NCBI GenBank assembly: GCA_040954595.2
Contig: CM082589.2
Location: forward strand, 310,001 to 374,000
Reading direction: 5' to 3'
Length of the DNA: 64,000 nt
Origin: Balanoglossus misakiensis
Taxonomy: Eukaryota; Animalia; Hemichordata
Position 1 is the stretch's first letter; each line of letters opens with the position of its first letter. The notes under the pieces are model-generated. The model worked only from the letters and a program-made list of their open reading frames with translations, searched no databases and had not been told where the DNA came from. The translations under genes were made by a program, and so were the position numbers. This document shows positions 56,101 through 64,000 of the stretch, piece after piece.

Positions 56101-59100
56101 TGTATAGAACTATCATTAAATGTTAATACAATTCTGATGACCATGAATTTTGACAAAATAATATATTGCACCGCACTTCTACAAAATAGTTCTTGACCTG
56201 AAAAATTCCTGGAAATCTCTGGGAAGAAAGCTGGAAAGTCCAGGAATTTTGAATGACTTGGAGCAATGTGACCTCTGGAAACTCGAGATACCCGGTGTCT
56301 TCCTGATCGCAATCAGATGACTTTGATTAAATGTAAGATCAAGGTCACCTGGTATTAAATTAGCACAGGTCAATTACTGTACTTAATCCTGAAACAGCAG
56401 TAGAGGTTTTAACAAGACTTTCAACTTCAGGAGGCCAGGCACACATGACACACAAAGGAATGTACTGTATAAAATGATAACCAGAATTATTCACATCAAC
56501 ACAAAGAAATGTATTGTACGGACTCATGTTGATTTCATTCTTAGATACACCCAGCAAAGAAAGTGTTATTGAAATTCTAGACATGGTTGTTTCATATCAT
56601 CAATAAACAAGTCATCCTGTCCAGGTTATGACCTCTTGTAAAATACTGATTATCATCATAAACCTAGGAGTATACCGGTATGGGGCCAGCATTTAAATAC
56701 TAAATTCACATTTACAGGATCCATGGGTTGTTGGGTCAATTTAAGCCAAAGTAGCCGTAATTCATCAAATTGTTTGTTAGAGTCATCTTCGTAACAAAAT
56801 GTGACAAATGAATTAGCCATCATCTCTGCAGTCATAAAGAGTACCTCCCAATGTTATTAATCTTAATGAATTTCATTTTATTTTGATGTGATCTTGTTTC
56901 ACTGTTAAATTAGAAAATGTTTCCAGATTTGACAGGGTTTGGATTAGACAGGTTTTACTGTATTTTTGTTCTACATATCATCTGCAGTGTCTTGATTACC
57001 AAGAACACAGCTACTCTCCTTTTAATTAAAATTGGAGTGAATCTATCGACATGCTCTAATCTGACAAAGAATCAGCCAGCCATCAGAAAATGTAAACCTA
57101 GTGAAAATGCATTTGATAATGAAATGCCAAAGTGCATTTCTTTGCGTAAGGACTTCTAAACCATTCCCTGAAGTATCTCCTCCTATAACTTATTAATAAA
57201 AGCTCTAAGCCAATCGTGAATCTTGCTATCAAGACGCTCATTTCGCATACACACGCAAAATACTCAACTCAAAAATTTCAATGTTTGGTGGCCTGCATGA
57301 TAAGATAGCGGCTACAAATATGCCGAAATATCGTCTGGCTTTTAAAGTGTTCTTGAAAAGGTTCAGGTTTTCTGACCTTATCACAGTTGGCTATCTGTGT
57401 GGCATTAGCAGGGCTTTTAACGTACCGTCAGAGTGCTGCAGTTATTGCTTGACTTTAAACCCCTTGAGATTTACAAACCCATTCAAATGATAAAACTATG
57501 TTTAGCTTTTTTTGCTCAAAGAATCTAGTCTTAACGCTGAGAATACTGCATTAAAGTTTCAAAGATATGTTTTTCTTTCTATTTCTTGCAAATTTCTGAC
57601 AAAAAATGAACAGATAATCAAAAGCTACAGCCATTATTACTTAGAGAGTTTTGAAAGAATGTTGGATTGTACATGTAAATGTAGGTGTTTTAATTTTTTT
57701 TTAAGGTTATAGGTCGACATCGAGTCAGAACATGGTGATCTGTTGACATAGTGCTAATTTGATTACAGAAATCAAAACATGCTAAATGTTGAATTGCTTG
57801 TTCAGTCAATTCCTGTGGCCATTGAAGAATGCATTGCTTGTTTTGTCTGCCCTGTGGTAAATCCCCAAAGTTGGATGTGAATGTTTTTCATTGACTTAAA
57901 TTGATGGTTTTTCTCTGCTGGAAACTTGATGTGACTGACAACCGCACATTCGACGATTCAGTCCACATGTCTGCACAAACATGAAACACCAGTACCCTCA
58001 GTGAACACCATTAAAAGCTAATGCATGTTACAATCTTAAATATATATTTTTTGAGAATCAATATCAATTTTCATGAAAAATTTTAGGCCTTAGTGAACAC
58101 AGTTTCTCAGAGATTGTCCTAGCTGTTCCGCTTGGTTTGGTATGCAGTGCTAAAAGCATGCACTCATCAAATGGAAAGTATCAAACAGACATTAACTACA
58201 AGCATTCAATATCCACTTCCATTTAGATCACATCTTTCAAGAATTCCTCTTAACACAAATGCAAACACTGGTCAATTCACACAGTCCAAACTCAACATTC
58301 CGAACTCCATGTCAGTCTCTCTGGGTATTTCTTGTAGTAGTTGTCTTTATTCAGTAATTACAGGCCAATTCGACCCAATATAAAAACAAAACTTTGAAAA
58401 CATTATGCATTCATACATGTAGAATTGAAGTGGCCCACAACATGAATTGATGAATGTTTCCACTTTTGCATAAAATGCAAATCAACCTCACCGGACTGAG
58501 GAGAATAGTGTACACATGGCAAATGTAGAGAAGGATATCCATGAAATTAAAATTTCCATTAAACGGAAAAGCATGTAAGAAGGCTGCAAGATGTCTGATG
58601 CGAGTCTCTTTGAATGACTCAGGGATATGCAAATACAATATGCATAGAAAAGCAATGCCATCAGGGAAAACAGTCAATTCCATCGAAACTCAGCTTCGCA
58701 GCATAAATCCCTGTAGGACTGAAAAGCCAGGCTGGTTATCAGCATGGTGAAAAGATTCCAAATTGACCTAAAAAGCTGAATAAATGCACCCAAGTGAATC
58801 TACCTGCCTGAGATGAATGCTGTGATGGGTGCTTGTTAGGTCTGTCTATTGTACGGCTCCATATCTACATGCATTCAGAGTTGAATGCAAATTATAATGA
58901 ATGGAGTTTGTAAGTCGATGGTCTTGATGAAATGATTCCCTGTGGTGAGAATTTTATGTAAATAGTACATCCCGCACATGCTGTGAAGTTTGAAATATCA
59001 ATATCTTACTGCGGGTAGTCAGATAATTGGACTGAAAGAGGAATAGAACAGAAATACAAGTTAAAAATACCGATGGTCTTTCACTGTAAAATCAATGGAT

Positions 59101-62100
59101 TCATCACAAGGTCAACGGAATAACCACACTTTCATAAAATGAGATCAATTTATTTTAAGTTGATCATAGATTTATTTATAGATTCATTTAAACTGGGTTT
59201 TAAAAGTGCATTCAGAAGGTGTCTTTTTTGTTCATCTACTTTTGAAAAGACACAGTGTCAGATTTTATCTGCTGTTGGGTTTGAAGTCAGGTAGATTAGC
59301 TCATCCCCTGCTAAGTTTGTATTCAATGGAATCGTATGTACTTCTGCTTTGGAGGCGTGGAAATAGCACAGCTGTAGAGGAACAACTCTTCAATGAAGGA
59401 TTATAAAAAGACCTTAAAGCTTCAGTTGTGATTAGAGAGCTGGTAGACGCTGTGTCTGTATAATGAAGTGTCTTTGATCACTGAAATCATTCTACCAATA
59501 CTGCTCTACTGTTTAACCCTTTCACCACAATGGTTCAGTCCAAACCCATTGTGTTCTATGGTATGGTTGGACCTCGAAAGACGGAACTGGGGGTAAAAGG
59601 GTTAAGTGCAGTGCATCTGTTTTCTTTATTGTGTAAAAAAGAAGGAAAATCAGGTACTGCAAATTTATTACTCCTTATTTAATGGTTGTATACTAGCTTG
59701 CTTGCCTAATTCTGGTTGTTCACTAGCTTCTCTGAGTATTCTGCTTATTTTGTTCTTTGTTTCATTTACAGTGAAGGTGATGCAATAGAGATCTATGCAG
59801 AGGCTGCTAAGTATAATCTTACAGGTGAAGGCAACGTCTGGTTTGTAACCGAGCAAGCCATTTCTGGAAGAGCTCTCAAAGAAGCCCCACAAGGTAAAGA
59901 CAAAGATATTGAAACGTTCAACAGAATTCTGAAAAGATGCACGCAGCACGTATGAGGCAAAACCAATATACAACGCAAGAGTTGAAGAGAGGTAGTTGTG
60001 CCACATTCAACTGAAAATAACGACTCGAAATAATTAAATTCCTGGAACAAAAATTAGAATTTCATGGGATTTGTAATTCCAGAATAGTATATAGCTCCAA
60101 GTGAAATCTATCACAGCTTCTATAAAAGAAATCTCCATCCCACTTACAATCATAAATCTGTTTGATTTTCAAAAGAACATTTTAGCACTACCAATGGTAT
60201 TATAAATTTCTGCGACATGCAACAAGCAATTATATTTTACTAGTATTATGATTATATTGAGACTTTTATGACACTATAGGACATAAAGTACATTTTTGGT
60301 TATCAGAATTTAAATTTTAATGTAATAATATAATCTACATTACATACATATGTGCTTGTATAATCTAATAAGATTAAATTCATTTATTGTGAATTGGTAA
60401 CTATGTAATCACAACCGTGAAAAATAGCATGTTCTTATTTGATTTTCTAGAATTATCCACTTAAAGTTTGAAAGCATTTTGGGAAGTTTTATTCTTTAGT
60501 TGTTTTATCAATTTATTTTGGACAGTTTATGCCAGTAACTTTATGTTAACTAATGTGGATATTGCACTCTGTGTTAGACTGAAGTTAGACAGGCAAGTTC
60601 AGTCCAAGTTCAAAAGTGGTTTAGGCCTGACTTTAAATTTGAGCAGACCAAATCTAATCCTTCATGAGGGCTGTCGAGGCCTTATAGCTCTACTTAGACC
60701 ATAAACAGTAGACTGTCGATGGTTAGAATGTAATATATGTGTAAATAAATAATCTTTATTTGTATCAAATCACTTTCTTTTAGGTGTGATTGGATTGCAT
60801 CTGATAAATGGAACAAATGAATTAGCACACACCACTGATGCTATCCACCTTGTAGCCAAAGCTTTACAGAATTTTTTTGCTGAAAACACAACTTTGCCAC
60901 CTACCACATGTCAAACTTCAGGTAAATTTTGGAAAAGTGGACCAGTATTTCATAGGTAAGCTTTAATATCCTAATGAACAAGTTATTACTGGCAAACTCA
61001 GCTTGAAAACTTTTAATAGTAAAAACAAGAGTAATATCAAATGTGTTTCATGAGGGCACCAAAGCTGTTGCTTATCAAAGTCAACTTGTGTACATACACA
61101 TACTGTGTGTCTCTACAAATATGCAATGTGTGATTTCACTGTATGTTCTGCCTTAGATCACAATTAACATACAATTTTTAAATTTTCACTGTGTCTCTTC
61201 CAAAATTAAATACAGAGTATGGTCATTTTAGTGTACTGTCATGCACAATGCTTGTTGAATGATTTCAATTTCTATGAATTTCTATTGTATCTGATCTTAG
61301 GAAATTAATAGAGACGGTACTTAATGATGGTGAGACAGGGCGAATATCATTTGATCGTCATGGTGACAGAGAAGGGCCATCTTATGTGGTTGTCAATGTA
61401 CAGAAGTCAGAAACAGACCAATCAATAGCTGTGCCTGTGGGTTTCTGGGAGAAATCTCGGCTTAGAGTTGGAACAGTTGTATGGCCAGGTGGGCTATCTG
61501 GTAAACCACCAGAAGGAGTTTCACTATCATCGAGATTACAGGTATGGAAATGACAATTCTGGGATATGACTTTATGTATTTTTAGACAAGTGTGAAAATA
61601 CATGTATTTGAGAATAAAATGATTTATAGAAACTCATTCAGGAAGCCACAAACTTGGATCGGTATATGTTCTGGAATATAAAAAACCACCTCTGGGAGTG
61701 GTGCAAAGTACCAGAAAAATAAATTTACTTGCAAAATTTGCCATTTCATTACCCCTAATATATGACTCTAACATCCTGATATTTTTAATACCAATGTGCA
61801 AGTGAAGATGAGAAAGATGGGAATAAAAAATTTACAAGAATTATTTAATGGTAATTTGAAGATTATTCACCTTATTTTCAGATCACAACCATACTGACTC
61901 CACCGTTTGTGTTTGTGGATCCGCCAAACAGTGAGGGCAGTTGTAGTGATCATGTGAATGCTGTAGAATGTGCTCAGTTCAATGCTTCAGGTCACTGTGA
62001 GTATATGAAACAAGGTTTAACCCTTTCACTCTCATGGTTTGGTTCAACTCCATAGTTCTCAATGGCAGTGTTGGACCTTTATACTGGGAAATGGGGATGA

Positions 62101-64000
62101 AAGGTTTAAAGTAAGATGGTTACTAAAATCTTATGTCCCCATAAATCATTTTTCATGTAACTACCAGTAAATATTAGAATTTGATTTTTTTTCAGGGAAC
62201 ACTATGTGCTGTCGAGGTTTCTGTATAGACTTACTTGTAAAACTTGCAGACAATTTAACTTTTACCTATGATGTTCATTTGGTGCCTGATGGCTTTTATG
62301 GACAAATGGAGATTATATCTCCTGGCAGACAAAATGGGGTAAGTCAGATTGTGACTCTCTCAATGGAGCAAATCATTTGCCTGTCATGATAATTTAAGTC
62401 AAATCATAGAATGCAGGAAATATGCAATGTGTCTGCGTCTCAGAAAGATTGTGTTTCGATACAATGGTGTAACATTGTGAAGATGACTATCCTGTTAATA
62501 GTCACTACCTTTCGTTCTTATTGGATGTTATTGTCATTACAGGGAAGTGGTACTACAAGAAAATCTTGGAATGGTATGGTTGGTGAATTAGTGGATGGTG
62601 TAGCTGATATGATTGTGGCACCATTAACAATTAATAATGAAAGAGCTCAGTATATTGATTTCTCTGTGCCGTTTAAATATCAGGGATTAACTATTCTTGT
62701 GAAAAAGGTAAGTGCAATACAGAAATCATATCTACATACATGTACATGTATGCACAGTTGTTAAAAGTGTGTTTTGTAAACAGGACTACAGGTATAAGAC
62801 CCTAAAATGCCTGGCTAATCCTGAAAAATGAAAAATATATTGTAAGCTTTGGTTTGTTTTAGATTGGGCCATTTAAATATTCAGGCTATGGGTATAGACA
62901 AACATATGAAAGAAAATAATAAAACGTTCATGCAGTTTTCTTGTTTAATGTGTTTTGCTATGTTATGTTTTGTTTTGTGTTTAATTACAGAAAGACCATG
63001 GGAGTAGTTTTGCATCATTTTTCCAACCGTTTGAAACTGAGTTATGGCTGCTGATTGGTTTAGCAGTTCACATTGTGGCTTTGATTCTTTACGTCCTGGA
63101 TCGCTTCAGTCCGTTCGGTCGTTTCAAAACATCTCAAAGTAATGAAGACCAAGATGCTCTCACATTGTCATCAGCTATGTGGTTTTCATGGGGTGTTTTA
63201 CTTAACAGTGGTATGGGAGAGGGTAAGTTACTTGTCAGGACTGTGTTTCTGTAATGCTCAGGTTTTTGTTTTAAACAATAGCAGGTTGTTACTGATTGCA
63301 TGGTCTGTGCTCACATGACCCTTATCATGCAGCATTTATTCTGAATTTACGGCCAAAATATTTCCTACATTTAACTGCAGTCTTTACAAAGTCCTCCACA
63401 CTTTAATCAGTTTTTGGTCTTTCTAATTTTCTTCAGGAACACCACGGAGTCTGAGTGCGCGAGTGCTTGGTATGGTATGGGCTGGATTTGCAATGATTAT
63501 GGTGGCGTCCTATACAGCTAACTTAGCAGCATTCTTAGTTTTAGATCGCCCTGAGTCCAGTATCACAGGAATTAATGACCCTAGGGTTTGTATTCGTATC
63601 ATTCTGTTTTAATTTCCGAAAATTCAAACATCACAAATTCACTTTCAATCAAAATGAATCTCCATCATGGTTCAAGCTAATGTGACTTTTTATGTATACA
63701 TTGCAGCTAAGAAACCCGTCTGACTCATTTCGATATGCAACAGTGAGTGGTAGTTCTGTGGAACAGTACTTCAGGCGTCAAGTAGAATTATCAACAATGT
63801 ATCAATTTATGGATAAATATAATTACAATAATGTGGAAGATGCTATAATTGCACTTAGACAAAAGTAAGTAAATAGTTGTTTTAATTTCCTGTATTATTA
63901 TTCCTCTTGGGGCTGTGGTTTGGGAGAAGGAAGTTATCTTGTATGTTCTAACAACTAATTTTTATCTGATCCTCAATTCGCAGCCATTTAGATGCTTTTA
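16772..64000 (+). CDS. GRIN1: NMDA receptor subunit GluN1 (partial, continues beyond window); exons 16772-17182, 44815-45000, 45559-45659, 59772-59893, 60784-60955, 61301-61541, 61882-61996, 62196-62338, 62543-62707, 62991-63222, 63437-63585, 63707-63864, 63984->64000
   Basis: In-frame GT-AG exons give a signal peptide, [46 protein letters not shown]...[47 protein letters not shown]2 [12 protein letters not shown]3 [16 protein letters not shown] and [12 protein letters not shown]. These are GluN1-diagnostic. Confidence 0.97.
24678..24812 (+). mobile_element. Decayed SINE fragment (CORE-like central domain)
   Basis: gttgtgcccttgagcaaggcactttac...cattgcttctc...acccaggagt...gggtacc resembles the conserved central domain of tRNA-derived SINEs. 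Recognised from memory, not by search. Confidence 0.55.
33590..33838. mobile_element. Truncated non-autonomous DNA transposon end
   Basis: CpG-rich island in a CpG-poor intron, ending cgcgaaaatttcccgtttaacagta. This resembles TACTGT...GGGAAATTTTCGCG termini of invertebrate MITEs. The partner end was not found. Confidence 0.45.
42577..42727. repeat. Inverted repeat with 32-bp arms (MITE-like)
   Basis: aaaagggacagagcatctagcatttggcccta (42577-42608) versus tagggtcaaatgctagttgctctgtccctttt (42696-42727): 30/32 complementary, 87-nt spacer. Confidence 0.85.
44815..45000 (+). CDS. GRIN1: GluN1 coding exon 2 (ATD)
   Basis: ttgcag|[20 protein letters not shown]...NGYM|gtaagg. Confidence 0.95.
45181..45279. 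repeat. Fold-back palindrome with ~47-bp arms (palindromic MITE-like)
   Basis: gctatagcacccgtctatttccc...tgagttaccagaa-ta-ttctggaaactca...gggaaataaacaggtgctatagc, centred on AGAATATTCT. Confidence 0.85.
45559..45659 (+). CDS. GRIN1: GluN1 coding exon 3 (ATD)
   Basis: ttacag|[33 protein letters not shown](S)|gtattg. Confidence 0.9.
45962..45977 (+). repeat. Poly-G tract (G16)
   Basis: Seen directly. Confidence 0.9.
52541..52586 (+). repeat. Short tandem repeat, three 15-16 nt units
   Basis: gttgctagggctcttg / gttgctagggctctg / gtttccaaggcactg. Confidence 0.75.
56920..56962. mobile_element. Single terminus of a Tc1/mariner-type MITE
   Basis: ggattagacaggttttactg-ta is the reverse complement of TA-CAGTAAAACCTGTCTAATCC, a TA-flanked CAGT terminus. 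No partner end was seen. Confidence 0.35.
59513..59605. mobile_element. 93-bp TTAA-flanked mini-element (piggyBac-like MITE), copy 1
   Basis: TTAA-CCCTTT...AAAGGG-TTAA termini with an internal gtccaa...ttggac hairpin; homologous to 62017-62109. Confidence 0.8.
59772..61996 (+). CDS. GRIN1: GluN1 coding exons 4-7 (ATD end, linker, S1 start): 59772-59893, 60784-60955, 61301-61541, 61882-61996
   Basis: [27 protein letters not shown]; [10 protein letters not shown]...; [14 protein letters not shown]...VWPGG; [12 protein letters not shown]. Confidence 0.92.
62017..62109. mobile_element. 93-bp TTAA-flanked mini-element (piggyBac-like MITE), copy 2
   Basis: TTAA-CCCTTTCA...TGAAAGGT-TTAA; same length and collinear with 59513-59605. 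Confidence 0.8.
62196..64000 (+). CDS. GRIN1: GluN1 coding exons 8-13 (S1, M1-M3, S2 start)
   Basis: [10 protein letters not shown]; APLTINNER; QPFETELW; LLNSG (N-site codon 63204-63206); SYTANLAAF; ATVSGSSVE; HLDAF at the window edge. Confidence 0.96.

Noticed and set aside
56185-56280. cctggaaa...gtccaggaatttt, resembling a DNA-transposon subterminal motif
   Set aside because: Too degraded to define ends or a family from this window alone.
17183-59771. Nested protein-coding genes, transposase or RT ORFs, or tRNA/rRNA inside the large introns
   Set aside because: None of the short ORFs shows a recognisable domain and no cloverleaf or rRNA motif was seen. Small ncRNAs cannot be excluded without an Infernal or tRNAscan search.

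Overview
This is AT-rich, intron-containing animal DNA with GT-AG splicing. The gene content and repeat style suggest a marine invertebrate deuterostome such as a hemichordate, but that is an inference. A compact, CpG-rich block (1-12 kb) holds four genes: the 3' end of an atypical protein-tyrosine kinase (+), a complete 19-exon ankyrin-repeat TRP channel (-), a Golgi type-II sulfotransferase (+, head-to-head with the TRP gene), and SVIP (+, 4 small exons missed by the ORF track). The rest (~12.8-64 kb) is one large NMDA receptor GluN1/GRIN1 gene (+) with 27.6 kb and 14.1 kb introns, running off the right edge. The most notable observation is a diverged copy of the TRP pore-loop exon at 1739-1843. 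It lies downstream of the TRP stop codon, keeps both splice sites and phase, and is rich in synonymous changes. Other points of interest are DFK/AKE in place of DFG/APE in the kinase, ligand-site changes in GluN1, junction-made mini-uORFs in the putative GRIN1 leader, several hairpin MITEs, and strong enrichment of the octamer TACATGTA in the GRIN1 introns. All exon structures were derived by hand; no database searches were run.
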